64,000 nt of DNA from contig CM097883.1 of assembly GCA_044892505.1 (NCBI GenBank), positions 213,032,001 to 213,096,000 on the forward strand, read 5' to 3'. This document shows positions 48,701 through 62,310 of this stretch, piece after piece. The notes beneath the pieces were generated by a model. The model was not told the origin of the DNA. It did not search any database and saw nothing but the letters and a program-made list of their open reading frames with translations. The DNA comes from Schmidtea nova. Lineage: Eukaryota. The stretch's first letter is position 1. Every line of letters starts with the position of its first letter. The translations under genes were made by a program, and so were the position numbers.

Positions 48701-49701
48701 ATTCTGCTGACTGTGAAAGAATTATATCAGCATACAATCTACTCAAAACTTCTTCTCGCTCTTGTTTGAATAGGAAAACGATAAAAAACTATCTGCTCAT
48801 TTTTATGAACATGCCACCTCTCTCTGCCTTCGACCCACGGTCTGCGGTGATGAAATGGATGACTGCGAAAAACAGAAGATTCCGAGACTCTCCAAAGGCT
48901 CAAGACCAAGAATGGTTAAAAAACATTTTCATATCCTCCTGTCCCACAGAAGAAACGGAAACATTTGATATGAAATGAAAAAACAGGAAATTTTGATGCA
49001 TGTTATGTCTGTATGATTTCTCTGTGTTTATTCTCTCTCTCTCTTTCTCTCTCTCACACACACGTCCTGTGTTTGTATCAATTTCATTATTATTATCTGT
49101 TTAGTGTTGTTGTTTATATTAATTATCAAACAAATTGGAGGACATTTCAGATCATTTAACATTCATATTTGAATAATGAGTCATGGAAAACTTTTAAAGA
49201 CAAAAATCTTTTAATTGAAAACATTCTTGTTGCTCGATATAGGTATCGAAAGTGAAAATTAGCATCTTGCTCATTTTAAAATTTTACTCAGCATTTTGTG
49301 CAGGCATAAAGGTAAAACCATTTTTATCACATTGTCAATTTTAGAGGCAGTGTTTAATCAAGATGTGTTTCCTTCTACCCCCAAAAACACAAATCTCCCA
49401 AGTGGTCTTAAATATGTAGATGTTGCACCTCCAAAACTAACCAGTTTAGATCAAACACCGTTTAGAAGGGAATCCTCCTTAACAGGGTTTCCGCCAGAAA
49501 TTCCACCTGAGGGGATGGCTCACCCCCATTGGAGTGTGTGGGGTGTATAATGAATGCATTCATGTACCCAAATTTTCAAAATTTTGGAGGGGGCTGTTGT
49601 CATTACAATGGAGGGGTATATAACTCCCGGCTCCTCAATTAAGGTACGTCTGAATAAACTATTGTTTGTGCAGTGATAAAAATTACTTAAAATAAGGCCT
49701 G
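45733..49701 (+). mobile_element. Full-length hAT element (ZNF862/C17orf113-like transposase, disrupted; coding ~46700-48978)
   Basis: 15-bp perfect TIR CAGGCCTTATTTTAA, perfect 8-bp TSD GCAGAGGG (45725-32, 49702-09); FDSSMD, STDG, GVHSSALAFKD, HSADCERIISAYNLLKTSSRSCL. Confidence 0.93.
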
Positions 49702-50073
49702 GCAGAGGGACATTATTAAAAATAAATACATACCGAAAATATATTTTATCTTTTAATTTTTTACAAAGTTTTTGTCAATTATTATAAACATAATCTTCAA
49801 TTTTTATTAAAACATAAAACAGAACACTTTAGAAATAAATAAGCTAGAAATAATAAAATTTTAATCTTTTTAGTAATTTGAATAATTTGAATAATTTGAA
49901 ATAATTTGAAATAATTAATATAAATATAAATTTTTATATTCCATTCATAACTATAGTGATTTAAACAAAAAACAAATTTTGTTTATAAAAATGTTTATAA
50001 ACTGTACATGTATAAAAATATTTTTTTTCAAGTCTAGGACATCTTTCGGCCGAATATGCATGTTTGTGTGTTA

Positions 50074-50591
50074 CAGTTAAAGCACGTAAATTGCAGTGAG
50101 TGTATACACTAACTAGTTGATGCATACTTTAACTTATTGTTTTAGTGAAAGTATACATTATTTCATATGATACATACTGTATCTAGTCAATGCATTCATT
50201 AACTAGTGAGGGTATACACCCACTGATTTGCATAGATGATAGTATTAGTTGAATGATTCTAACCTCAAGATTTTAAAGACTCGTGCTAGTTGAGTCTACT
50301 GGAAATAGAAATCTTGCGAAATTTACAAAAAAAGATTATGAAAAACCACTAATTTATTAATAAATAATAAATATATTTAATAAAAATTAATAAATTGTAA
50401 AAATATTTATCATATATGACAGTAGATAATAAACAAACCATTGAAATATTTAATAACTAATTAAAATAACTAATCTACAGTAGAAGGTGTATACACTAAC
50501 TAGTGTTCTCATAAATTTATTTGTGTATACTTCATCTGATTAGTTTAGTTAAAGTATACTTTAGCTAGTGGGTGTACACATTGACTAAGTT
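50074..50591. mobile_element. Second copy of the 42.4-kb MITE, truncated by a gap
   Basis: Collinear with 42376-42890. Confidence 0.85.
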
Positions 50592-52359
50592 NNNNNNNNN
50601 NNNNNNNNNNNNNNNNNNNNNNNNNNNNNNNNNNNNNNNNNNNNNNNNNNNNNNNNNNNNNNNNNNNNNNNNNNNNNNNNNNNNNNNNNNNNNNNNNNNN
50701 NNNNNNNNNNNNNNNNNNNNNNNNNNNNNNNNNNNNNNNNNNNNNNNNNNNNNNNNNNNNNNTGTGTACAGACTGTTGGTTTTTATTCGTTCAAACCATT
50801 ATTAGTAAGGTTTTCTTAGTCTTATTTAGATCTCTACGAAGGTTGTCTAATAAAGAAAATAATTTCAGAATATAATTAAAATTTAATTTCTATTGTAAGG
50901 AACATAGTAAATTGTAATTATATTTTAACTTTATTTAATTATAATATTTAAATACTAAATCAAATAATTTTAAACAAATTCAAATAATTTTATATTATTA
51001 AAATTAAAATTATCTTTTGTAAATAATATTTATTGACTGCTAAATTAAATAATACTTGTATAAATTAGTATACTATTATTGCTTTAATTGACAAAATTAA
51101 TTTTAATTTTAATTGTATCAAAAATTTATTAAGTTCAAAAAATAGAATTTGTTGTTTTTATTGTTTCAAATAAAATTTTAAAAACATTTCATTTAAAATT
51201 TTTTCTTATTATTTAAGTTTTAATTTTTTTCAAAAAAAATTATTTAAAAGTACTGAAATGAGTAAAACAATTATTTGCCAATTAAGTTTAAGGAAGTTTA
51301 ATTTGAAAGGCTTTCAATATTGAAACTTTTTTGACAGGACAGGGAAAGAATAGTTCCGGCTTAAAGCGTGAGCCAATTTGGTAGTGATTCATGATGAAAA
51401 GGTTTGAGTGGTGACATAGATAATAAATAAGCAAATGTTGTTCAATATTCAAACAGTACTTAAAGGTATTTATATTTTTAATGCATTGATATTTTAATTA
51501 AATTAAGAAAATAAGTATATTGTTTTAATGTCATCTGAAATTAAGGAGGTCAAAAATAGCAGACTTGGCTCGGGGTGTCTTTCAGTCTTCAGTCGGTCAC
51601 GCCTCCATCTCAGCAGCAAATAAATTATCTTTTCAATTAAATATTTGTTTAAACTCATAAAGTATTAGCGCAATTAAATAAATAATCTCTAAAATAGAAT
51701 CTTGACTTATCTCTTAAAATTCATTAGTAATTTTTTTATTTATTTTCTACTGTCAAATAATATTAATATGAATAAAAGGAATAAGAATTTTAAGATCTGG
51801 ATTGATCAGTGGTGATGATAAAACCAATGAAATTGATAAATTAAAATTGATAACGTCCTCAAATAAAAAAATAAAGATTTAATTATTTTTGTTTTATTCA
51901 CAAATTCCATAATAGAGAAAAACAAATTTGTTTACGGTTGAATTTAATTATGATATTTGTGAAATTATTAATAAATAATCTTTATTTAATTTTATTTGAT
52001 TTATTAAATTTTTAAAGAAATATATATTTTTTAACGTCTGTTGAAAATCTTTTAATTAAGTAATGTAAAAAATATATTTTAACATTTATAAGTGATGAAT
52101 GAAACTTTAACTTTAATAATTAAAGAAAATATTTTGAATAAAAAAGTAGAACTGAAAAAAAATATTGTAAAATTTTAAGATTGAAATAGTAATTGAAAAT
52201 TAATATTTCTTTTTCTAAAAAGAGTAAACTGAGTAAGACGTTTTGGCAATTTTGATAAAAACTTAGAATGTTGACCTATGATTTTAGATTCCAAAGAATT
52301 AAGAACAAAACTATTTTTTGGGATTTGTTAATAATTCTTAAGGTTTTTTGACAAAATAT

Positions 52360-53381
52360 TGTTGAGGATACCTAAAACACAAAATAATATATAAATAAAA
52401 AAATTACCTGGGGGAAAATTGATTGGACAAATAATGTGATCTTTTGGAGGCCGAAAAGAAAAAGACACAGCCAAAAATTGGAAAATGAGAAGTTGGGAAC
52501 AGACAAAAGAGATGAAAAAAAATCAAAAACAAAGGACATTCCTAATTAATAAGTACAAAAACGAGAAAGGAATTTTCAAAACGAAAACAAAAACAAGTAG
52601 GAAAGTAAAATTCTGACAGCTTGTCGGATAACAGGAGTGCGGATAAAAGTCGGCTTAAAAAGGAAAAAGGGATATCTGAAAAAATCTGGACAGCTGTCAT
52701 AGATAAAACGGAATTGGGAGAAAATACGAAATGTCCGGGAATCAAAATGCAAATAACAAAATTATCTCTAGTGCCATACAATTTGATGAGTTATAAAATG
52801 GGAAGGATATACAAGTTTTAAACAGAAGTTGTGGGAGAAGATTTAGTAGAAAATTTGAAATTGATAAAGAAAAAGATTGAAACCTGAACAAAAGTGAAAC
52901 TTAAAACTTTTAGTGGAAAATACGAAACGAATTTGAAATACGAAAGGAGAAATTTGATATACGAAAAGAAATTAGTAGATTAAATCAGTTGCAGAAATAA
53001 AAAATTGTGTTGCAAAGACAAAGGAAGCTAAGCAGGTGACAATTCAAAAGACCAAAGAATATTAAGTGAAAATAAAATCAAAGCGCGAAACAATCGAAAT
53101 CATTTACCAATATTTAATCCAAATCAGCGGTTAGTAGTTGTTGTTTTCTAGACATTATACAATAGAGCTATTCTTCACAAAGTGTCATAATAAGCTCGTA
53201 TATTTGTTTAAAGAGGTATTGAATTGATCGTGATATTTTGAATCTTGTAATTCATTGTAATAATCAAAAAAAAGTTTTTGTCATTGAAATTGTGAATTGG
53301 GGGTCAATTAAAAGCACGCTTTGAAGTCAGGTATTTGATTGGTAACTTTTACCATTACAACATCAACCCAATAACCCAACA
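52360..53381 (+). mobile_element. Solo LTR (Gypsy-type), 4-bp TSD ATAT
   Basis: TGTTG...CAACA termini with ATAT on both sides; same family as 30326-31335. Confidence 0.85.
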
Positions 53382-55381
53382 ATATCAACAAAATGATGAG
53401 GTGAGAGTTCAATTCCAGCAGCTGTTAAGATAACGTTGATTTCGTCAGTTGTAAATCTACATTTAATGAAACACAAATCCATGAAGTAAAATACTAAATT
53501 TATAAATATAGCAATGCAGTCAAAATTTAATAAAAAGTTACTCTTTGATAAATTCACCCGTAAGAGATCAAATTTAAATTATTTATTAATTATTTATTTT
53601 CATTTATTTTATTTATTTTCATTTAAGGATCAACTGTTCAGATTATTGCGTGCCGAGAATGCTGATTACTTGTAACAGCTGATTTTTTAAGCAGCCATAT
53701 GAACAGAGTGATCTTAAAGTTCACAATAATTGTAAATTTTATAATAATAAACAGATTTATTATTTTCTATGGGAATTGGCATTTCTTCTGCTGCTAGTTA
53801 TACTTTTCTGCATTTAAATTTAATATCGTTTTCATGTTTAATTTTAAAATCTAAACAAACCGATTAATAATAATAATTAAAATAATTATAATAATTATTA
53901 ATAATTAATTATAATAAAATATATTTTTACATATTTAAGTTGAATGTAAATAAACTACTTAGATTAAAGTTAATTTAAATATAAGCAAAAAAAATTTTAA
54001 AATTGCTTAAAAAGGAGTCAACTTTAATTTCTAAATTAAAATAATTTTTACTGTAAAATAAAGTTTGCAAAAAAAAACATTATATTATTTATATTATTTT
54101 TTCTTTTTGTTTTTCTGATGAAATACTTTTCCGTAGTCTGATTACATGAAGTCATAAAGGCCTTTGATATTATCCGAAATAATCTAATTTATGAATTAGT
54201 GCAATTTATATTTTATAATATTAAATTTATAGATTATTTTTTCCAGTGCTAAATGCTATATAATCTATTTAATTCATATTTGTAATAATGTATAAATTCA
54301 AGTCGGGCAGATTTGTGCACGAAAAGCATTTATTGGCATTGCATATAACAGCATTATTTTCACTGAAAATCATTATATATAATTAAGTACACATCATTCA
54401 GAAATGTTAGTGGTAAATAATTTATTTACAGTTTCTCTAAAAACTATTTAAACATTAGGGAAAAGATAAATTGGAAAAGTATCAGTTTAAAATACACTAT
54501 CCTACATAATTTCCCAGTAATTCAAAAAAGTTCTCCCATTTTATAGTGTCATAATTGTTTTATCGAAACACCCAAAAGAATTCCTTTTGTCGAATTCACT
54601 AGTCACTTTAATTCAAAATTTCAATTAAATAATTTATTNNNNNNNNNNNNNNNNNNNNNNNNNNNNNNNNNNNNNNNNNNNNNNNNNNNNNNNNNNNNNN
54701 NNNNNNNNNNNNNNNNNNNNNNNNNNNNNNNNNNNNNNNNNNNNNNNNNNNNNNNNNNNNNNNNNNNNNNNNNNNNTTTAAAATTGTTAAACTTAATTAG
54801 AAAAAGTTGATAACTGCTTTAATATTTACATAATTTAAATATTGCAATAAATATTTAAAATATAGAATTGATCATAAACAAATAAAGAAGATTTAATGAC
54901 AATAAGATAAAATACAAACAAAAAATTAAAAGATAAGTATATTGAAATAAAATGATAATTACTTATAAAGGAATATATTTAAAAATAAAATATTAACTTT
55001 ATAAGATGAAACTTGTATATAATTTTTAAAATATTATTTTCAAATTAAAATTTCAAATGTGTTATGTTTACAAATTTAAAAATATTAATATTTCGTATGT
55101 TAATGTCAATGAAATAAGTAGCTAGTTATGTGGACTCCACAGCAAAAGAAATTGCGTAATCGATGAGTCATAGCCAATGAAAATAGATTCAAGCACTGGG
55201 CCCCTTTTTTGCGATACACGCACCATAATTTATTTTCGATACCCTCCATAAATCTTCCTTTTACACACACACGATGACCTCATAATAACATTTTTAAAAT
55301 TATTTTTAAAATTTGATTATGTATCTATATTACTATTATAATAGTACTATTTCCCTAGGTATTATTATTATTGATACTTTT

Positions 55382-55419
55382 ACTATTATTATTTTTATAT
55401 TTTTATTATTATTATTATG

Positions 55420-55460
<41 letters not shown>
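55382..55460. repeat. (ATT)n microsatellite
   Basis: Imperfect trinucleotide run. Confidence 0.9.
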
Positions 55461-55461
<1 letters not shown>

Positions 55462-55479
55462 ATTGTTGTTATTAAAATC

Positions 55480-55630
55480 AATAGTTTTCATAATAGTAAG
55501 ACTATAGATCAAAATTTCCTTAAATAAGTGCACAATATTTCGGCACAGCCTTTATCAAGTGTGTATTGATAAATGCTTTGCCGAAATATTGTGCAATTGT
55601 TTAAAGAAATTTTGATCTATAGTCTTATCA
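55480..55630. ncRNA. Second head-to-head hammerhead doublet (55530-55564 minus, intact; 55563-55594 plus, variant)
   Basis: CACAATATTTCGGCACAGCCTTTATCAAGTGTGT immediately followed by ATTGATAAATGCTTTGCCGAAATATTGTGC. Confidence 0.7.
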
Positions 55631-56024
55631 TTATTACCATTCATTATGTATCATTTGCTGTGATTTGTGTGTTTGACGAAATAAACATTATTTTTTTTGT
55701 TCAATGTGTTTGATCAAAGTGACTCGCACAGTCAGCCTATTGGATCCTACCTGTGGCATTTTAAGGATAAACCCAACACTTTTATGAATTCAACAAAGTT
55801 GATATAAATAATAATTGATTACAATTGTCTTGAAAAAAAGAAGTAAAATCATTTGTTTCTTTTTTTCTTTTCTTAATTCTCATTTAGTTTTTCGAATATT
55901 GATCAATATTTAGTTTGTTTTGTTTTTAGGTTGATTTGTGTTGAATCTAAGCTTTTATTATTTTCTATTTCTTTTATTTCTTTTGTTTATTAATTTTTGT
56001 CATTTAATTAGGCATAGATTTAAG

Positions 56025-56805
56025 TGATCGGTAAAAACGTTTAAATTGTCAGTAATCTAAACTATTAAAAGATCAATAAATTAATTTAATTATCAGTAAA
56101 TAAATTGCCCTATAAATATAAAAAATATATTATCAATTTAATAAAATAATTATAAGTAAATTGAATTATATATCAGTAAAATAATTAAATTAGTACGTTA
56201 ATATGTCCTATGGAACCAGTACATTCTTTCATTCAACATTACTTAAAACATTATTTAATTTAAAAAAACATATTACCAAAAATGGCGATGTCTCAAGTAG
56301 AGGAATATGTTAGTGATGAAGATGAAAGCTTAACAACAGTAACTAATACCATTCATAAGAAGAGAGGCTGTCAGAAGAACTGGATAAAAGTAGCAACACT
56401 GCAAAAGAAGCAGAAAATCATTGGAGAAGATATGGTCCAAATATTACACAAACAAAACTGATGAAGGACGAAGACTATACTTTCGATGCAATGAAGTCAA
56501 ACGTGGACCTCGATATAGTGCAAAGATGCAATTATATTATCATGCATATAATGATAAACTAATGGCACTGAAAACAGAAGAAGACCATGATCATGATCAA
56601 AATTATAGTACTCGTGGTAGACCAGCAAAGGCTAAACGTGCATTGCTAACTCAGTAACTGTACTGATAATAATTTTAAATTTACTGATCAAATAAAATCT
56701 TTGACTGATCAAATATGTAAAGATTACTGTTATTTTTATTTATTTATTTACTGACATATTTAACTTCTACTTACTGACCATGTTAAAACTTTTTTACTGA
56801 CCATT
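56025..56805 (+). mobile_element. Non-autonomous MULE-like element retaining a WRKY/FAR1-like DNA-binding fragment
   Basis: WSKYYTNKTDEGRRLYFRC..KRG..AKMQL..DHDH; inverted TCAGTAA-rich repeats at both ends. Confidence 0.5.
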
Positions 56806-57659
56806 AAATATTAAGATTTAAATATCTAAATATCGTTGAATACAAAAAGAATAATTAAAAAAATAATTTTTTACGGGGTTATGACCAATCTTTATCAAAA
56901 TAAATATCAATTTACTTTATAATAAAATTCCAATGGTATATTTTCATTTTACGCCTAATCTTTCCTAACCAGCTGCTTATTGTGCAGTAAATATTGGCAT
57001 ATGTTCATTTGCTAAACATCAAATGTATACGATGAATGTTTTAGGCAGGGAAAAATTGAAGATTCAAAACCCGTTAGTTAGTAAATTTTATCTGAAATAG
57101 AAATAAATTTAAATAGAATGAAAATAATTTTTCAAATAAATAAAACATTAATAACTGGAGATAATTTCTAAAGTAAATATTATGAAAAAGTTAAAACAAA
57201 AAAAAACAGAATTATTTATGAAGGAGTAAAGGAAAGGCTGAAAAATGAAAGAAACTATAAGCATTCACAAGGCTAAACCTTTAAACCCTAGTTAAGCTTC
57301 TAGTGAGTACAAATAAAATAAATTAATGGGTAATTTTTGAAGTTTATTTTTTGTGTTTACTTTGATCAATTGAAATTAAACATTTGATAGTACTCATTTG
57401 AACTACTATTACAATATATTTGACTTGGAAAAAGATTATATAGAAAACATGACAAGGTACCACATTTCTGGGGTTTTTTATAAACTGTAAAATATAATTA
57501 ATTACTACAAAATAAAGTATCAGTTATCCAAAAAAACTCAAATCAGTTTGTTCATAAAAACAAAAAAGTAAGGTTTAAAAATTTTAAAGTTTTCTAATAT
57601 AATTTTTAAAATGGTCAGGATATTTTTAAAATCATTAAATATGTTTTGGAATAAATCTC

Positions 57660-57960
57660 AAAAATTTAATAAGTTCAGTTTTAGTTCTAGTGTATAAGTT
57701 ACCATGTAATGGATGCAATGCCACAAAAATTGGAGAGATTTCGCGATATCTTCGCACACGGCTTCCGGAACATAACCGATTGAAGGGTGAGTAATATTAT
57801 TTATCATAGAAAAATGTGTAAGGGAACAACAGATATTAAAGATTATATACTTTTTTTATAAAAACTTTAATGATAAGTGCGAAAAAATTTAATTGATGAT
57901 TAAATCATAATATTTAAACTAAAATTCAATCATCAATGAATTTATGGAAATTATTTAATT
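57660..57960 (+). mobile_element. Degenerate PLE GIY-YIG 3' fragment (family of the 20.5 kb copy)
   Basis: Nucleotide collinearity with 20600-20890 (CTAGTGTATAAG...TTGGAGAG...CGCACACGG..GAACATA..CGATTGAA..GTGAGTAATATT). Confidence 0.8.
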
Positions 57961-59333
57961 AACTCATAAATCATAACTATTACATCATTATTGTTTCCGT
58001 ATATCTCACGTGATACAGATTGTGATGGAAAATTGATTATGATGATAATTTCTTTGAAATATAAATCATTTAATTGGCATTTACGTATTTTTATATAAAA
58101 ATAAATGATAATTTTTTTTCAATAATATATGTATATATATATGTGTGTGTGTACATTCCTAAGTCTGTATATTTCCTTTTGATTATTTATGTCTTATATA
58201 TTTTTCTTGATCTCGATAATAATTTATATATTTTATAAATTTTACAATACTTTAAATAATTTTTTATAAAACGGTGAAATATGAAAGTAAGAATGAGCAA
58301 AGCCTAAACCATATATAATGCGGCCTGTCTGGGTCTTTCTTACTAATATATTTTTGTATTAAACAAATCTTTGTTATATTGAACTGAAAATTAAAAAATT
58401 AAAATAGATAAAGGACGAAGAAGATAACAAAGAAGTAGAAAATGAAACTAATAAGTAAATAAAACAATTATGTAAAAAACAAATTTTAGGTTTTTCTTAG
58501 ATTGGCCTTCTTGAACTTACGCTTTTAAAGGAACTTTTTTCTTTACATGTTACGTTTCTTTTATTTTTAAAATTGTAATTAAAATTGCATATTTTTCTTA
58601 TTTGTAAATAATTTAAATGTTTGAAATTTTCAGAATTCCTTAATAAACATTTGAAAAATCTCTACAGTAATTCAATAATTGAAATAAAACAAATGTAAAT
58701 AATACAGATTAATATCTAGAATAAAAAATTTCTCATTTGAGAAAAGATTTAAATTAAAAATTTCAAATTAATTTAACATATTTCAATAAGATAAGATAAC
58801 TTTTTTCAGGTAGATTTTGGAGAGATAAAAAATAGTTTTTTTGTTTTAATTCATAAATCTCATTATACAAATAATATTTTTTAAATGAAAATTTTCATTC
58901 GTGTATTTATATTAATTATTTTAAATTATTTTAATTATTTTATTTCCGAAATATCTCTAACCAAATTATAGAGGGAAAATGTTTTATTGTTTGGTCAAAT
59001 TTATATCAGCTGAATTAAATGAATTGAATTTTTAACTTTATTTTGATTAAGTGGAGAGAATGATTTACTATTTTCATTTTCTTTATTTTCCAGACAAAAT
59101 AATCAAGATTTGAGTGGAATAGGTGGAAATTAGATTTTTTTTTAAAAATTGCCCAGAAACATAATTATGAAACATTGTCTTTATTATATTGGTCTTTTAA
59201 TTTATGTAGCTTTATGATCCTGATTTTTCGCAGTTGTTTGTAATTAAAATGTATTTATGATTTTTTATTTACTATTCAAATATTTTTTTCACAATTATCA
59301 TTTATTATCTAAAGCAATTATTTTTTTATAAAT

Positions 59334-59398
59334 GGAAATCAAACCCCATGACCTTTTTAATATACCAAAGAGTCTGAACACTCTACCCCAAGCCACAT
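59334..59398 (-). repeat. Degenerate tRNA-like / SINE-head sequence
   Basis: Minus strand GTGGCTTGGGGTAGAG (A-box-like) ... GGTTTGATTTCC (B-box-like). Confidence 0.35.
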
Positions 59399-60145
59399 CA
59401 AATATCGCAATTTTTGAACCGCTTTATTAAATCAAAACATGTGACATCTTAAATCAATGCTAATACAGGATGATAAGCTTGAAACCCCCATGTATTAGAA
59501 AATTTAAAACTTTTTTATTTGTGAATGATCCGAAAAATCAAATATGATTTTATACCGACATCGGATGCAATTACCGTAGTAACCCCCTCTTTCCAAGATT
59601 TACGATTGAATGAATTTAGTGTGTAAACTAGATATTAGATAGAAATTAGGTGTGTCTACATGAACGTTGGCGGAAATTAAATGTGTGCACATGAACTTTC
59701 TCGGGAATTTATCGTGTGTGTAAACGAACATTAGGTTGACTTTAAAGTGTGTATAGTCAAAATTTGACAAAGATTTAGTGTGATTAAACAAAGGGGTTTG
59801 TAAATATTTTGTTTAAATAAAAATTGGCAACGATTTCAAAATAACTTTTATTTTCAATTACTTGACGGGTATTTTGAAAAAAAGGTGTTGTAAAATTTTA
59901 AAATGTATATAAAAATTAAAATTTGACACATTGCTTTAAGTACTTATTGGTCTTATTATAACAATTGGTCAATAAAATATTTTGATTAAGTATTGCTAAA
60001 ACAGTCGTTTTTAAATCACTAATGAATAAACACATACAAAATAGTTATTAACAATAATCTTGAGTGTTTGGATTAATAAGCATTATATAAAACATTATAA
60101 ATGAGTAAGACATTTTGAGATAAGATATATTAAACAAAACAAATT

Positions 60146-60678
60146 TTAACATAATTTATCTTTGTAAATTCTTTCCATTTTTCTTTTATCACCATAGTAC
60201 CCATATGCATGGCTTTTATTCTATTTAATCCAATTCCTTTTGTCATCGGCATTTGTTAAAGCAACTTTTGACTGCTGTGTAACAATTCAGCATTGTGGTA
60301 CTATAAACCTTTTGTTGTTATTATAACAATCTAAATATGACTAATGTTTGGTGTGAGTACTATTCAATGTTATTCCTTTAGCCTTTGAGTTCTCCTTCCC
60401 CCTAACAAAGTGTAATATTTTTGTCTTAGAAAGATCCACTCTTCATATCCATCGCCTTAACTTTCATCCTTGATCTATCCGATAACTAAATCCAATTTTC
60501 TGGAAAAGAGTGGATGTTGTGAAGGATGATTATAAGTCTCCAAGAGATTGTCATTAACCATTGCCAGTAATAATGTATCCAATTTAACATTTTTACATTT
60601 TAAGAAAAAACTATCGGTATCTCCTGCAACAATATTTTTTTCGCAACCGAATTGTGATCGATATTTAGCTAACTGACT
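60146..60678 (-). pseudogene. Polinton protein-primed DNA polymerase B, C-terminal part
   Basis: VAGDTDSFF (motif C), HPLFSRK..IG*IKDE, EWIFLRQKYY, KAKGI, DDKR..AYGY. Confidence 0.88.
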
Positions 60679-62310
60679 TTGTAATATTCCAAAGTTTGAA
60701 GCTAAAAACCCTGCACTTTCTATTAATGTTCTTTCTTATGATGAGGATGCTTTGCTTGATACTTTGTCAAACCCTGAAGTTTTCAAACACCCTTGTGTTG
60801 ACATTATCCACAGGTCGAAAGTTATTGGAGGTACTCCTATTAGCTTGATTTTGTTGGAAAGTGGTGATGCATATAATTATATTACAGTTACCGAACTTGA
60901 TAGAATTTTGAATCTTGATGATCGTTCAATTTCCAATACTCGCATTCAAAGCATATGGTTTCATCGATGCTTGAATGGATTTCGAAAACAGAAAGTATTC
61001 GATTGTCATCAACAGTTGTGTACTAAAAATCAATTAGGCACAACCTTTTATACTTTGCCTAGAAATAAAAATTTGAAATTTAGTAATTAGCGTAAAACAA
61101 CTATTCCATCTTTTGTTGTTTACGCCTACCGATGATTAGTACTTTCAAAGACATGTCCCAATTTTTGCCGGTCTGTTTCTTGTAAATAACTTTACTGCAG
61201 AAAAGGTTTACAAGAGTTTCATAGGACTTGATTGTGTTTCTAAGTTTCTTTCTGAAATTATTGTTTATCCCTTTTATAAAACTAATTACAAGAAACCTCT
61301 TTTTATGACTTTGACTAATCAACAATCTTTTTCTTTTTCTTCAACAATCGTTATCTCTGTAAGAAATCTTTAGTCAAACCGTTTAGGGATCATGTTCACT
61401 ACACTGGAGAATTTTTGGGTGTAGCATGTAATTCTTGTAATCATTCCTGTCGGTTATATTTGTTTTTACCCGTTATTTTTCATAATTTCAAGTGATATGA
61501 CTTGCACTTGACTATAATATGGTTTGGCTAATTTTACAACTTGGAACATTTCTTGTATTCCAACAACTAGCGAAAGATTCTTAACTTTATCTGCAAGAGT
61601 CAGTGATTTAACCATTAAATTCATCGATTCTTGTCAGTTTAATAATCCTAGCTTAAATGACGCTGTTAAAACACTTACTTGTTTGCCTTTGACTAGATCA
61701 GAATTCACCGGGACTAGTGTTGATTGTAAGGGTATTTTTCCTTATAATTTTGAAACATCTTTAGAAATCCTTAAAAACACTTATGAGGTGCCACCAACCG
61801 GGGAAGGTGTTACTCAAGACGAATATGACAAGGCATTGGTGATTTGGAAGGAATCTAAGTGTCAAACACTGTGTGACTATATGATGGTCTACCTTAAACT
61901 GGATGTTTTTCTTCTCCCTGATTTCTTTTAATAATTTAGAGAAAATTCTATAGCTCACAATCGACTTGAGCTATTGATTTTTTGGGGATTCCAGATATGT
62001 CATGGGCCTCTGCGCTCTTTACCTTGGATGAACCTATTTATTTCTTCAAGATATGGAGATTTATAATTTTTTCGAAGGAGGAATCCGTGGTGGTTTGACA
62101 TTTGTCAACAAGCACCATGTAGTATCCTCCGAAATTACTGAACTTTTATATATTGATATAAATAATTTCTACAGGGGGCTTTAAGCCAAATATTACCTTA
62201 CGGGGAGTTTAATTGGATCACAGATCAAAATAAATTTAATTAATTAATTAAATTAATGGATGCTTATTTAGCTATTTTAACTTATGGCGTGACTTTTGAA
62301 GTGAATTAAT
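60679..62310 (+). pseudogene. Polinton protein-primed DNA polymerase B, N-terminal/exonuclease part through motif A
   Basis: IPKFEAKN..SINV, CLNGF, RDHVHYTGEFLG, PVIFHN, KFIDS, KGIFPY, YLKLDV, GGIRGG, YIDINN, LPYGEF; stops and frameshifts. Confidence 0.9.

Noticed and set aside
30326-53381. One 23-kb LTR retrotransposon bounded by the two LTRs
   Set aside because: Each LTR has its own distinct TSD pair, the copies are well diverged, and no continuous gag-pol lies between them.
53628-53676. Possible terminal exon (DQLFRLLRAENADYL*) after a TTTAAG acceptor
   Set aside because: Too short, with no upstream exons or homology identifiable.
725-54776. ORF-track entries containing long X runs (e.g. 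725-1033, 21977-22208, 24975-25196, 33076-34525, 35058-35418, 50572-50805)
   Set aside because: They are open only because they span N-gaps.
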